Of a stretch of 64,000 nucleotides of DNA, positions 48,411 through 58,929 are shown one piece after another. Location: the NCBI GenBank assembly GCA_002773725.1, contig PFAH01000002.1:59590-123589 (forward strand), given 5' to 3'. Position 1 is the stretch's first letter, and every line of letters starts with the position of its first letter. Origin of the DNA: Candidatus Colwellbacteria bacterium CG10_big_fil_rev_8_21_14_0_10_42_22 (GTDB taxonomy: Bacteria > Patescibacteriota > Minisyncoccia > UBA6257 > Colwellbacteraceae). The translations under genes and the position numbers were made by a program. The notes beneath the pieces were generated by a model that was not told the origin of the DNA, searched no databases, and was given only the letters and a program-made list of their open reading frames with translations.

Positions 48411-48995
48411 CTATTCAAAAATTGTAGGCTTAAAAAGGCCTATCTCTACGAGTTCGCACATAATATGTCCAACAGCAATGTGCGCTTCTTGAATGTGTCC
48501 CGTAACATTCGAGGGGATATTTAATAAGATATCTACTTTATCTTTTAATTCTCCTCCACTCTCACCAGTAAATCCAATTGTTTTTGCACCCATCTCTCTT
48601 GCTTTAAGAATGCCTCGAATAACATTTCCTGCGTTACCACTTGTGCTAATCCCAATTACAACATCACCGGGACGAACAACCCCTTCTACTTGTCTCTCAA
48701 AAAGAGAATGATAATAATAGTCGTTTGAAAGCGCTGTCATAATTGATACGTTTGTATTCAATGCAACCGCGGGCAAGCTTTTTCTTTCCATTGTGTATCT
48801 ACCAATCAGTTCTCCAGCGATATGTTGAGCATCAGCTGCTGAACCTCCATTTCCAAACAGAACCAACTGGCCATTGTTTTTATAGCAATCGATAACGGCA
48901 TTAGCTATTTCAACAATAGTATCTGCGTGAACATCTACAACCTTAGTCATAACATCAACGTGGTTGCGTAGATAGTTTTCGGTTGTTTTCTTCAT
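48411..48995 (-). CDS. gmhA: Sedoheptulose-7-phosphate isomerase
   Basis: GNGGSAADAQH, SNDY, ISTSGN, IQEAH. Confidence 0.96.
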   Translation of the reverse strand: MKKTTENYLRNHVDVMTKVVDVHADTIVEIANAVIDCYKNNGQLVLFGNGGSAADAQHIAGELIGRYTMERKSLPAVALNTNVSIMTALSNDYYYHSLFERQVEGVVRPGDVVIGISTSGNAGNVIRGILKAREMGAKTIGFTGESGGELKDKVDILLNIPSNVTGHIQEAHIAVGHIMCELVEIGLFKPTIFE

Positions 48996-49066
48996 ACAGT
49001 CATTAAGTTACAAATTAACCCTTTTGACGTCAATACTTTGGGGCTTTCTTTAACTCTACGGTTTAT

Positions 49067-49576
49067 TTATTTAAACCCTCCTTGCTCCAGCAGGTCACAC
49101 CTATTTTTTAGGTGTGGGGGTATAAACCCCGCTTTTTCTAAACAATGCCTAACGTAGGGGTGCCAATTTTTGTTTATCTTTTCAAACCACTTAATTTCGG
49201 AAAAGTCGGATATACCAGATTTTTCAAAATTCATGTCTGGTTTTTTGATCAGCTTTACTAAGTAGGCCGCATTAACCGTGTGTCTCACATATCCTCCTTT
49301 AGAATTCTTGAAGATAGTTTCTTCCGTTAATAAAAACTTGGGCTCACGATATCCTGTCCTAAGGCCTAGGTCGTCTTTAAGCTTTCTCTCGGTAGCATCT
49401 AAGAGTTTTTCCCCGATTAAAACCCTTCCTCCGGGTGGCCACCATTTCCCCGCCTCTGGTTCAATTCTACGTTTCCCTAAAAGAAACTTTCCATTGTAAA
49501 CGACTATAAGATCAACACATGGAAGGGGAACAAGCGTAACAATCTTTTTATAAAGTTTCTCTGGAATTAACTTCAT
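49067..49576 (-). CDS. NUDIX hydrolase, GDP-mannose mannosyl hydrolase-like
   Basis: PLPCVDL, LLGKR..EP, W.PPGGR, HPYV. Confidence 0.82.
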   Translation of the reverse strand: MKLIPEKLYKKIVTLVPLPCVDLIVVYNGKFLLGKRRIEPEAGKWWPPGGRVLIGEKLLDATERKLKDDLGLRTGYREPKFLLTEETIFKNSKGGYVRHTVNAAYLVKLIKKPDMNFEKSGISDFSEIKWFEKINKNWHPYVRHCLEKAGFIPPHLKNRCDLLEQGGFK

Positions 49577-50619
49577 TATTTTAAACCGAGTTCCTCAAAT
49601 ATCTTTTCGAGTCGTGCTTGATATGTGTGCTCTTTTAATGCGCGCTCATATCCTGCTTTTGCAATTGCCCTTCTCTCTTCTTCGTGCTCTAAATAATATT
49701 TAATCTTCTTGATTAGATCTTTCGTGTCTTTATAAATGACTATTTCTTTGTCTGGCTCAAAATAACTTTCCATATCGTCGGCATCGCCCGTAATACAAAA
49801 TCCACCCGAACCGGTGATTTCAAACGGTCGTGCTTTAATTTGCGGAATTTTTTTCTGGAAATAGGAACGTATGTTCGGATAGATATGCAAAAAATCTGGT
49901 ACGATCAAATTTCTACGTCTTCTGAAAAAGATTTGAGCGAATGGCTTAAGGGCTAGTGCAGACATAGGTGGGTTTAAGTTCAGATTAATCTTGCTACGAG
50001 AAAATATATCAAGCATCTCAGTAAAACTTGCCCTTCCTTCAGACCATTTATAGCCACGCACAAATACATTAATATCTGCCTTCCGCAATTTATCAATTAT
50101 TTTTTTTCTATGAGACGTTTGCATGCCTACGAAAGAAACTCCTATGTTATGATTTGGAACAACAACTGACTTATAAAGTCCCGGATTAAAACCCCATTGA
50201 GAGCGAATCACGTTCGTAATGCCATATTTTGCGTAACGTTTTTTTGCCTTAGACCAAGTGGTAATTACTTTTGTAAAATGTGGTGCCCAGAATCTAGAAT
50301 AATTATCCAATCGCCAATGGTCATCAGAGAACCAAGCGACACTTGTGGTTAGTTTCTTAATTTCGTCGAGCGTTTCGGGTTCTAATTCATCCGTATACAT
50401 AAAAGCCCAAAAAAGGTCGGGTTTTTCACTCCTTACCGTATCTAAAAGCTCTTGATTATAAGCTCGCTTACCTACTTTAAGTGCCCTATCAAATGGAATA
50501 TATATAACTTCGTTCTTCGGATTACTTTTTAATAATAAATAAAAGTTGTTGTGCTCATTGGTTTTGCCAAGTTCGGGACGATAACGCTCATTCTCTAGTC
50601 CCGTAAATAGAATTTTCAT
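49576..50619 (-). CDS. Glycosyltransferase, CgeB/Glyco_trans_1_2 type (paralogue of 46778)
   Basis: DDHWR, VSFVG, SKINLN, KARPFE, ERRAIAKAG. Confidence 0.85.
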   Translation of the reverse strand: MKILFTGLENERYRPELGKTNEHNNFYLLLKSNPKNEVIYIPFDRALKVGKRAYNQELLDTVRSEKPDLFWAFMYTDELEPETLDEIKKLTTSVAWFSDDHWRLDNYSRFWAPHFTKVITTWSKAKKRYAKYGITNVIRSQWGFNPGLYKSVVVPNHNIGVSFVGMQTSHRKKIIDKLRKADINVFVRGYKWSEGRASFTEMLDIFSRSKINLNLNPPMSALALKPFAQIFFRRRRNLIVPDFLHIYPNIRSYFQKKIPQIKARPFEITGSGGFCITGDADDMESYFEPDKEIVIYKDTKDLIKKIKYYLEHEEERRAIAKAGYERALKEHTYQARLEKIFEELGLK

Positions 50620-51626
50620 TAAGATTTATATTCTTTGCCCTCTTTCTCGCGTGCATCTTTGACTTGTTTTTCTATCCACCTATAAGTCTCTTCGAGTCCT
50701 TCGCGTAATGGTTTAGATGGAGCCCAATTCAAATGATGTTTAATAAGGTCATTGTGAGAATTTCTACCACGCACACCTAAGGGGCCCTCTATGTGTTTCT
50801 TTTTTATCTTTTTACCAGCAATCTCTGCAACCATATCAGCTAATTGATTGATGCTCACCATTTCTTCAGAACCGATATTAACGGGCCCACTGAAATTCGG
50901 ATGTTTCATTAATTTGCCAATCCCATCTAAACATTCGTCTATATATAGAAAAGAGCGGGTCTGTCCACCGTCTCCCCAAATTTCTATTTCGTCACCATCT
51001 TCTACTTCAGCAATTTTTCTACAAATTGCGGCTGGCGCCTTATCTCTCCCCCCCCTCCAAGCTCCATCCGGACCAAAAATATTGTGAAATCTTGCAATTC
51101 TAACATCTAATCCATAATTACGATTAAAAGATAAGTACATTCTCTCACTAAAAAGCTTTTCCCAACCATATTCACTATCTGGATAGGCAGGATAGGCGGT
51201 ATGCTCAGCCGTGTGCGGGGTTTCTGCGTTTTCTTGATTGTATTTTGGGTAAATGCATGCAGACGAAGAATAAAAGATTCTGCCCACCTTACGTTCTTGC
51301 GCCAAAGTAAGAAGGTTTAAGTTTATAAGAGCGGAGTTGTGCATTATATTCGCATCGTTATCCCCCGTAAAAACATAGCCCGCCCCACCCATATCGGCTG
51401 CCAGCTGGTAAACCTCGTCAAATGGTCTGTCTAAAACAGCGTTCCAAACGGCCGGATCCCTAAGGTCTCCGATAATAAAATCGTCTGCAACGGTTTTCGA
51501 AAACTCTGGATATTTCAGATCAACGCCTCGCACCCAATAACCATCGTTTTTCAAGCGCTTGACTAAGTGTGAACCTATAAATCCACCCGCCCCAGCCACA
51601 ACTGCTGTTTTTTCATTTGAATTCAT
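50619..51626 (-). CDS. GDP-mannose 3,5-epimerase-like SDR
   Basis: GAGGFIGSH, LAADMGG, YSSSACIYP, YGWEK, KAPAAICRK, GVRGRNS. Confidence 0.88.
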   Translation of the reverse strand: MNSNEKTAVVAGAGGFIGSHLVKRLKNDGYWVRGVDLKYPEFSKTVADDFIIGDLRDPAVWNAVLDRPFDEVYQLAADMGGAGYVFTGDNDANIMHNSALINLNLLTLAQERKVGRIFYSSSACIYPKYNQENAETPHTAEHTAYPAYPDSEYGWEKLFSERMYLSFNRNYGLDVRIARFHNIFGPDGAWRGGRDKAPAAICRKIAEVEDGDEIEIWGDGGQTRSFLYIDECLDGIGKLMKHPNFSGPVNIGSEEMVSINQLADMVAEIAGKKIKKKHIEGPLGVRGRNSHNDLIKHHLNWAPSKPLREGLEETYRWIEKQVKDAREKEGKEYKS

Positions 51627-51648
51627 AGTGTGTATCTATTTATTTATA

Positions 51649-51834
51649 TTATTCAATGTTCTTTTTCAAGGACTTTGTGTCCGACTCTTTTATAAATATT
51701 TTCATCAAAATAGTGTTGCCTATTACCATCACCGTAAACATAGGCACGGCAACTATTAATTTTCCCGTAAAGATAATACTGACAATAAACCCCCAAACCA
51801 AAGTTGCTATTCGCGTTTTCCAAAATGAACTCAT
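51649..51834 (-). CDS. Small two-TM protein, 61 aa
   Basis: MSSFWKTRIATLVWGFIVSIIFTG...; fills the gap between genes. Confidence 0.55.
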   Translation of the reverse strand: MSSFWKTRIATLVWGFIVSIIFTGKLIVAVPMFTVMVIGNTILMKIFIKESDTKSLKKNIE

Positions 51835-51865
51835 TCTTTTGTTTCTTTCTTTGAGCTTTCTAAGG

Positions 51866-54109
51866 TTAGAGGTTAATTCCAGAAAAGCCAAACTCATCAA
51901 ATTTAATTAGACCATTTTTTAGATTATCTACGTCCGAGTCCTGAATCTCTAGAATTAATCTATCCTCAAACTGCTTTGATTGAATATCTAATAAAAGCTC
52001 TTCTATTTTGATTGCGCGCACTAATGTCTTGCGGAAATCAATTAAGTTTTTTTCTTTATAAAAGTATTTGAGGTATCTTTCTCCAATTTTCCTGTAAAAA
52101 ATTAAATATTTTCCTCTAAAAGGAATCTCGTTTTCCAAAAAAAGTTTTTCTATCTTTTCATTTGTTTGATATTCGCCATTCCAATCTATTGGACCTAAAA
52201 GAGCTGTTTCATAAAGCCCGCCCACCATAGAGTTGGGTTCTAGGGCAATTAATTCTCTGGTTGTCTTTTTGACTTCATCTAATTTGCCCTGACTAATTAA
52301 ATTTTGGGCGAGATTATAGTATAAATCTTGCCTACCCGGGGCTAAATCAATGGCTGTACGCAATTTTTCTTCTCCGACCTTGATATAATCTAACCTGTTT
52401 TGTAAGTCGCCAACGCTCTCGTAAAAATAACTCATCTCCAATAAGTGTCGTGGCTCTGCTGGCTCATTTAATATAACTTCTTCCATTAGTTTAATGGATT
52501 TGTTTATAAGGAGAGAGGCCTTGGGATTGTTGAGATTGGCAGTGGCAAAAGAAAATACCTTTGATCTAATTTCCGCTTGAGCATAATTATAAGGTAGGGT
52601 TATTCTATCTATATCCACCGTAACTCCTGTCAGATCTTTAGCTAGCAAGTGCTGAATAAACACCTTCATCTGGAAAGCTGGAATAGCGCTGTTATAGATA
52701 AAGAAAGTTATAAACAATAATGCGAAAGAGGCAAATAAATATTTTATTAGCAAAATACGTCTAGGCGAATCGAACATTGTGGGTTTATCAGATTTATTCA
52801 AATAGATAACAAAACCCAAGAACATAAATAGAGGCACGAACGTAGATACTTGATCAAATAGAAATAAATTTTGGACAAAATAGGCAGTAGCAAAAAACAA
52901 AACCGCTGTATTGATTAGTATTTTTCGCGCAACCAGTTTTTCATCGTTCTCTTGAATTTTCTTAAATGCAGAACGAAAAACGAAAAACCATATACTCATA
53001 AAAGCGACTAAACCAAACAAGCCGTGCATGGTTATCACGTCAATTAATCTGTTGTGAGCTCTGTCAAACCAAAGAGTTTCATATTTCTGAAAAGATGGAT
53101 CAAAATATTTGTTGAAAGCTATATTGAAATTATCTGGACCCCAACCAAAAAATGTCCTACCCCATCCTTCATTACTAGGCCTGATTGAATTTAAACTAAT
53201 CTTGGCAGATATAAGGCGAGATTGAACAGTGCTATCCTCAAAAGATATCTCCGACAACCTATCAAATCCAGGCACCCTATCCCAAACAGGGCTTCTGAGA
53301 GTAAGTCCGAAAATGGATATAAAAATAGCTGTTAGAATAAGTATTTCAATTGATAGGTTACGCATTCTAACGCCTCGAAACTTAACTTTCCCGGCCCTTT
53401 TCGCAAGGTATATAGAAGCAACGATTATGCCAGCGAATATGCCCACAAAAGATCCTCTAGTATTGGCAACCGCCAAACCAGCAATGACAAAAAGCATTGT
53501 TAGATAGACGGCGTAGCGCCAATAGCGCCTATCTTCATAAGCAAGGATCACAAGCCCCGCAAAAATCACAAATATAAGATACGTAGCTATAAAGGCGGGG
53601 TTTCCAACGAAAGAACCGTTCGGACGCCAACCCGTAACAATAAACATTGTTACGGCGTCTAGAGCTACCAGCAATCCAGTAAATACAGACAAAGCCATAA
53701 AAATAAGCCAATCCTTTTTTTCAAAAACTAATAAGGTTCCAATTAATAGGGCTAATAAAACCACTAGGTTCGTATACCCTTCGCCCCTTTCTATTGTGCC
53801 AAAAATAGCCCTGGTTATATTTGGAGCCGTCAAGGTGCTTACAAAAGCTAGTCCGATATAAGCAAAAACGCTTAGAAAAATATAATCTTTAAATAATCCG
53901 AAGTTAATTTTTTCTAAAAAGTTTTTTCCTTTCTTGCTAAATACAAGAAAAGTTAAAATCATCCAGAACAAAGCAACTATTAATCTCAAATATAATGTTT
54001 TTCCGAATATAAAAGGAAAAAGCGTATTTTGAGTGACTATAAGAGGAGTCAATGCTAGTGATATAAGTAACAGCTTTGCCAATTTTGTTATGCTTAGTGT
54101 CTTTGTCAT
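51866..54109 (-). CDS. O-antigen ligase / O-oligosaccharyltransferase-like protein with TPR-like tail (paralogue 3)
   Basis: FPFIFGK, ERGEG, GNP, NTRG, GWGPDNF, FDRAHN. Confidence 0.85.
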   Translation of the reverse strand: MTKTLSITKLAKLLLISLALTPLIVTQNTLFPFIFGKTLYLRLIVALFWMILTFLVFSKKGKNFLEKINFGLFKDYIFLSVFAYIGLAFVSTLTAPNITRAIFGTIERGEGYTNLVVLLALLIGTLLVFEKKDWLIFMALSVFTGLLVALDAVTMFIVTGWRPNGSFVGNPAFIATYLIFVIFAGLVILAYEDRRYWRYAVYLTMLFVIAGLAVANTRGSFVGIFAGIIVASIYLAKRAGKVKFRGVRMRNLSIEILILTAIFISIFGLTLRSPVWDRVPGFDRLSEISFEDSTVQSRLISAKISLNSIRPSNEGWGRTFFGWGPDNFNIAFNKYFDPSFQKYETLWFDRAHNRLIDVITMHGLFGLVAFMSIWFFVFRSAFKKIQENDEKLVARKILINTAVLFFATAYFVQNLFLFDQVSTFVPLFMFLGFVIYLNKSDKPTMFDSPRRILLIKYLFASFALLFITFFIYNSAIPAFQMKVFIQHLLAKDLTGVTVDIDRITLPYNYAQAEIRSKVFSFATANLNNPKASLLINKSIKLMEEVILNEPAEPRHLLEMSYFYESVGDLQNRLDYIKVGEEKLRTAIDLAPGRQDLYYNLAQNLISQGKLDEVKKTTRELIALEPNSMVGGLYETALLGPIDWNGEYQTNEKIEKLFLENEIPFRGKYLIFYRKIGERYLKYFYKEKNLIDFRKTLVRAIKIEELLLDIQSKQFEDRLILEIQDSDVDNLKNGLIKFDEFGFSGINL

Positions 54110-54169
54110 ACTAAAGATAAAGAAGTTTGCTGTTCGTGAATCATAATTATTAAAAGTTCAAGCAACTAA

Positions 54170-56443
54170 TTACTTCAAATTTATCGCATCTAAACCATAT
54201 TGATTCAAAACACTTAATGCCTGCGTAAATGTCGTCTCCCTTGTATCCACTGACCTCTTAATAAGCCCGTTTTCGGCTTGAAAATTTATAATCTCTTTTA
54301 GAGCTTTTTCTATCTCGATTGTTCGTAATATAAATCTTCGGAAAAGAGCTTCGTCTCTTATGTGGTGTGCATAGTGAAGATGGTTGCTATAGCTTTCTCT
54401 CAGATAGAGAATCTCTGCATCGTTTATAATACGATTCTTCTCAATACTATCTCCTCCTATATAAATCTTCTTTAGTTTTTCTATCGTCCCGTTGCTTCCG
54501 TTCAGGTCACTTGGCGCCAGGTAGCTAAGATAAAATATATCTATATTGGCACCCTCCGGTTCGGCTGCCCTAGCGGCGTCCATCACCTCTTTTACTTCAT
54601 CAAATCTACCCTGAAGCGTTAAGTTCTCCGCCAACATAAAAGCTGTGGTTTGCCTCCCACGAACTAAATCCATTGATTTTCTTAAATGTTCTTCTCCTAG
54701 TACTAAATACTCATTTTTTTCAAAGGCCTTAAAGGCATCGTTGTAGATAACCCCCATTTCATGCTCTCTGCGAGCCCTGTTGTCGGTTTTCTCCAACGCC
54801 TCTTCCCCTAATTTCAGCATTTGAGGAAGAATATCTGTCAGATTTTCTTTCGATAACCTATCTAGGGCACTAAAGAGCATGATTGATCTCACCTCCGCCT
54901 GAACAAAGTTATCTGGTGCGGTTACTCTGCGAACATCATCCGCATCAAGATGCTCCCGTTTCAATTCACCAAACATCGTCCTCATCTGATATGTAGGAAT
55001 AATAGAAGCCCAAATGAACAAAACGATTAATAGCACCCCCAACGTTGCTGAACCCAATTTTACGGATGTAGAGAATCTACTAATCTCAACATCTTCATTT
55101 TGGGGCTCTCTGTTCTTCACGTAATAGGTGTATGCGCTAAAAGAGAGCAAGCTAAAGAGTGGTATATAGATAGCAATTGAATCAAAGAAGAACAGGCTCT
55201 GCACAAAATAAGCCGTAACAATTCCTCCGATTGTTAAAGAAGTCCAAAATTCCTTGTTTGATTGCCCATACTCTTCCTCAGGTTTGACACTAAAGGATTT
55301 CCGGAAGAGAACGCCCCACATAAAAAGATATGCCATTAAACCAAGCACCCCATTCATAACCAACACGTCCAATATCTTGTTGTGGGCTCGATCAAACCAA
55401 GGGGTTTCAAATTTCTGGATGCTTGGGTTGTAAAACTGGTTGTGAGCATTGACATAACCCTCCAGACCCCAGCCAAATAAACTCCTTGTGGCTCCCACAT
55501 TGGCTGGGTTAATGGCATTTAAGCTTATGCCTATGTTGATTAGGCGCGCTTGGGTAGCTGGGTCTGTGCTAGAGATTTCGGCTAACCTATTTAAGCCGGG
55601 AACTCCCTGCCAAATAGAGTTGCTTCTAGTAAAGATAAATACAATTGAGAAGACGGCAATTAATAAAAGTAGTCCGGCTGATAGTTTTCTAGTATTGATG
55701 GATTTTTTGAATAGGTGCAGTTTAACGTATGGTTCTTTAGTCAACACCAAACGTAAAAGCGTGACGAGTATGGCCGCTACCAATCCCACCATCACTCCTC
55801 GAGTCCCCGTTGCAACAATAGTGACCACGGCAGTTATGGCAATCCCTCCACTTAGATAACGCCATATTTTGTTTTTATCTAAGATGCCGACTATTAAGGC
55901 AAAAAAGAGGGTGAAGAGGGCATAGGCGGCGGTCACCGCCGAATTGTCTAAGAAGGCTCCATCTGGGCGGTGAGCTCCCCCAAGCCATTCTATAAACACG
56001 TTTATGGCTATCACGCCTCCTACAAGGAGATTCACCTTGAAAAAGTTTAGCCAGTCCTTCTTATTAAAGAAGAGCAAAGTGCCAAGAAAAGATAGAAGCA
56101 TATAGATTAGTATCAAAAACCCTTCCGAACGCTCTACGTTGCCCCAGAAAGACCTATAGGGATTAACGGATAGAACGGTGCTAGCCAAGACCAAAAGCAT
56201 GAAAACCGCATAGGCAATCATCAGGGGATTAAATAATCTGCCTAATTTAAGGTGAATAGGGTTCTTTTTGTTTAGAATTCCTATAGCAAACAGCACGCCC
56301 GAAACACCTATCATAAATCGTATAAAGACCGCTTTGCCAAACATAAATGGGAAAAGAGTTCCATGGGTAATGGCAAAAGGAGTAAAAGCTAAGAGTATAA
56401 ATGAAAACTTGATTAAATTTTGTACACTAAATGTTTTTTCCAT
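54170..56443 (-). CDS. O-antigen ligase / O-oligosaccharyltransferase-like protein (paralogue 2)
   Basis: FPFMFGK, ERSEG, GTRG, GWGLEGY, FDRAHN. Confidence 0.85.
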   Translation of the reverse strand: MEKTFSVQNLIKFSFILLAFTPFAITHGTLFPFMFGKAVFIRFMIGVSGVLFAIGILNKKNPIHLKLGRLFNPLMIAYAVFMLLVLASTVLSVNPYRSFWGNVERSEGFLILIYMLLSFLGTLLFFNKKDWLNFFKVNLLVGGVIAINVFIEWLGGAHRPDGAFLDNSAVTAAYALFTLFFALIVGILDKNKIWRYLSGGIAITAVVTIVATGTRGVMVGLVAAILVTLLRLVLTKEPYVKLHLFKKSINTRKLSAGLLLLIAVFSIVFIFTRSNSIWQGVPGLNRLAEISSTDPATQARLINIGISLNAINPANVGATRSLFGWGLEGYVNAHNQFYNPSIQKFETPWFDRAHNKILDVLVMNGVLGLMAYLFMWGVLFRKSFSVKPEEEYGQSNKEFWTSLTIGGIVTAYFVQSLFFFDSIAIYIPLFSLLSFSAYTYYVKNREPQNEDVEISRFSTSVKLGSATLGVLLIVLFIWASIIPTYQMRTMFGELKREHLDADDVRRVTAPDNFVQAEVRSIMLFSALDRLSKENLTDILPQMLKLGEEALEKTDNRARREHEMGVIYNDAFKAFEKNEYLVLGEEHLRKSMDLVRGRQTTAFMLAENLTLQGRFDEVKEVMDAARAAEPEGANIDIFYLSYLAPSDLNGSNGTIEKLKKIYIGGDSIEKNRIINDAEILYLRESYSNHLHYAHHIRDEALFRRFILRTIEIEKALKEIINFQAENGLIKRSVDTRETTFTQALSVLNQYGLDAINLK

Positions 56444-56519
56444 TTCTTAAGAGCAATTACTAATTATTATATTTTGTCCTATTCTGTAGGATAACATGCC
56501 AAAAAACCAGCTAAAGAAT

Positions 56520-58775
56520 CTAAAAACTCACGCCCTCCCATCCAAACTGATCAAATAAGTTTAGGGCCTGTTCAAGCACCTGTTTCATGCTTCCCATCGG
56601 CTCATCCATAAACCCGTTAGGAATCTGCTCCGTCTGAATTGACTGGAGGATATCTTCCATCCTAATGGCCCTTGAGAGCACGCTTCTGAAGGCTCCTCCG
56701 TCGCGCTGGCGAGCATAATGGACTAGATAGAGCCTGTGCATGTTTCGGTAATAAGTAATCTCCTGCTCACTTATTTCTATATAGACGTTAAAAGCTTTCC
56801 TATTTTCGTAGAATAAATCTTTCATAAGTTCGTCTATTCCATGCGCACCACTCCAATCTAATGGAGCCATTATCATTGAATAATAAAGATTAGCATTCGC
56901 CGAACTGGAATCTGTCGCCAAAATATCATCTGCTACACCAAGCGCCTCCTCTAACCTGCCTTGGGTTATTAAGTTTTTGGCTAGCAAGAAAAGCGTTTCC
57001 TGCCTTCCCGGGATAAGTTCCAGCTCCTGTCTGAATAGTTCTTCCGCCCGCTTTATAAGCTCGGGTGATCCGCTATTCTCTCCGTAAGTTTGATATGAGA
57101 GCGCTAAAACCTCCATATTTCTCGGCTCTTGGGGCTCTAGAGAAATTATTTCTTCCATTAAGGCCCAAGATTTATTAATCAGCGGTTTAGCTCTCGGGTC
57201 GTTAATTATATCTGCGAGTGATAAAACAAGCTTTTTTCTGATTTCGGCCTGAGCATAATTGAGAGGGCTGGATATTTCGTCCATGTGCTCCATTATAAAT
57301 GTCGGGTTTTGTTTCCTTAGGCCTTCTGTAAGCTTGCTTGTCTGTCTATACGGAATAAATGCGGTTACATAAAAAGACGCCAGCAAGAACAACCCCAAAA
57401 TTACTGCTATCCATTTAGGGGTCTTGATGAATTCGTAGCTGGGTTTAGATTTTTCTCTCTGCAAAACGTAAGAAGAGAACCCCCAGAAAACAAATACGGG
57501 AACATATGTAGATATTTGGTCAAAAAAGGCCAGGTTGTGAACAAAATAAGCTACGGCAAAGAATATCATTGAGGATTTTAATAATAATTCTTTACCCTTG
57601 TCTTCATTGCTCAAAGAGGCCGTTAGGGTAGCCCTGAAGGCGAAAAACCAAATAGATAGGTACGCCACCAACCCCAACAGACCGTTCATCACAAGCACGT
57701 CCATAACTTGGTTATGTGCCCGATCAAACAATTTTGTCTCATATCTTTGAATCTTTGGGTCGAAGTATTTATTAAAAGCTACATTATAGCTATCCGGCCC
57801 CCAACCAAATAAAAACCTATCAAAACCAACACTGGTCGGATTAATCGAAGCCAAACTAATCTTAGCCGCTACAAATCTGGATTGGATTGTTTGAGTTTGT
57901 GTTGAGAGCTCAGAGAATCTATTCAACCCGGGAACTCTCTCCCAAATAGAATTATTCAATGTAAAGATGAAAATAACCCCGAAGAGGGCTAAGAGTATAA
58001 AGAGTTGAATGACCAAGTTGCGAATACTGATGTGTTTGCCTAATAGTTTGACCCTAGCTCCACCCGCCTTAACGGCTAGATAAAAAGCCGTAGTTAGTAG
58101 GGCTACTATTAATCCTAAAATAATGCTTCTTGTGTTAGAAACCGCCAGACCAATTACAGAAAGGCCTAGAACGGCATAAGAGAACTTCTTCCAACTTCGC
58201 CTATTTTCATAGACCAAAACAATAAGAGCGCTAAAGATTGCAAACAATAGATAAGCCGAAATAAACGTGGGGTTCCTAAGAAAGATCCCCTCTGCCCTCT
58301 CTCCGGTTTGTATATACGACAAAATCGTGTCCGCCGATACCATCGCCCCCGTAACAATGCTTGCTTTGAAAAACTGAAGCCACTGTTTCCTTCTAAAAAC
58401 TAGAGATGTCAATGCAAAGAAAGTGAACATGTAGAGAAGATGCACATACCCTTCTCCTCTTAAAATGGTCCCAAAGAACGACCTATAAGGATTGCCTGCC
58501 AAGAAGGTGCTGATTCCAGCTAAAATTGTAAAAAAAGAGAGGGATATAAAAATCGGACTTTTAAGAAAACTCCAGTTCAAAAAATCAACAAAATCTTTTT
58601 TCTTAAAAAGAAACATAGCTAAAAAAACCAAAGCTAAGGCGATTAAAAACCTGGTGAAAGCCACTTTAGCAATAATCAAAGAAACCAAAGTATTAGAAGT
58701 AATCACCACGGGCACAAATGCCAGTCCTAAAAGAGACCAAATTATAGTTTTTCTATAAAAAGAATCTGTCACCAT
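56520..58775 (-). CDS. O-antigen ligase / O-oligosaccharyltransferase-like protein (paralogue 1)
   Basis: RGEG, RNP, NTRS, GWGPDSY, FDRAHN. Confidence 0.85.
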   Translation of the reverse strand: MVTDSFYRKTIIWSLLGLAFVPVVITSNTLVSLIIAKVAFTRFLIALALVFLAMFLFKKKDFVDFLNWSFLKSPIFISLSFFTILAGISTFLAGNPYRSFFGTILRGEGYVHLLYMFTFFALTSLVFRRKQWLQFFKASIVTGAMVSADTILSYIQTGERAEGIFLRNPTFISAYLLFAIFSALIVLVYENRRSWKKFSYAVLGLSVIGLAVSNTRSIILGLIVALLTTAFYLAVKAGGARVKLLGKHISIRNLVIQLFILLALFGVIFIFTLNNSIWERVPGLNRFSELSTQTQTIQSRFVAAKISLASINPTSVGFDRFLFGWGPDSYNVAFNKYFDPKIQRYETKLFDRAHNQVMDVLVMNGLLGLVAYLSIWFFAFRATLTASLSNEDKGKELLLKSSMIFFAVAYFVHNLAFFDQISTYVPVFVFWGFSSYVLQREKSKPSYEFIKTPKWIAVILGLFLLASFYVTAFIPYRQTSKLTEGLRKQNPTFIMEHMDEISSPLNYAQAEIRKKLVLSLADIINDPRAKPLINKSWALMEEIISLEPQEPRNMEVLALSYQTYGENSGSPELIKRAEELFRQELELIPGRQETLFLLAKNLITQGRLEEALGVADDILATDSSSANANLYYSMIMAPLDWSGAHGIDELMKDLFYENRKAFNVYIEISEQEITYYRNMHRLYLVHYARQRDGGAFRSVLSRAIRMEDILQSIQTEQIPNGFMDEPMGSMKQVLEQALNLFDQFGWEGVSF

Positions 58776-58844
58776 TTCTAATCCAATTATAGCTAGAATT
58801 TATATTTACAAATAACAGCTAATTTTCGCCTTGATAGAAAACAT

Positions 58845-58870
58845 AGAAAGCCGCCTTTCGGCGGCTTTCT
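58845..58870 (-). terminator. Intrinsic terminator after the S-layer-like gene
   Basis: AGAAAGCCGCC-loop-GGCGGCTTTCT. Confidence 0.82.
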
Positions 58871-58929
58871 GCCAACCCATCTAGAGAAAATTCTCTAAAT
58901 GTGGATTTACTAGATAACTTAGGAATTCA

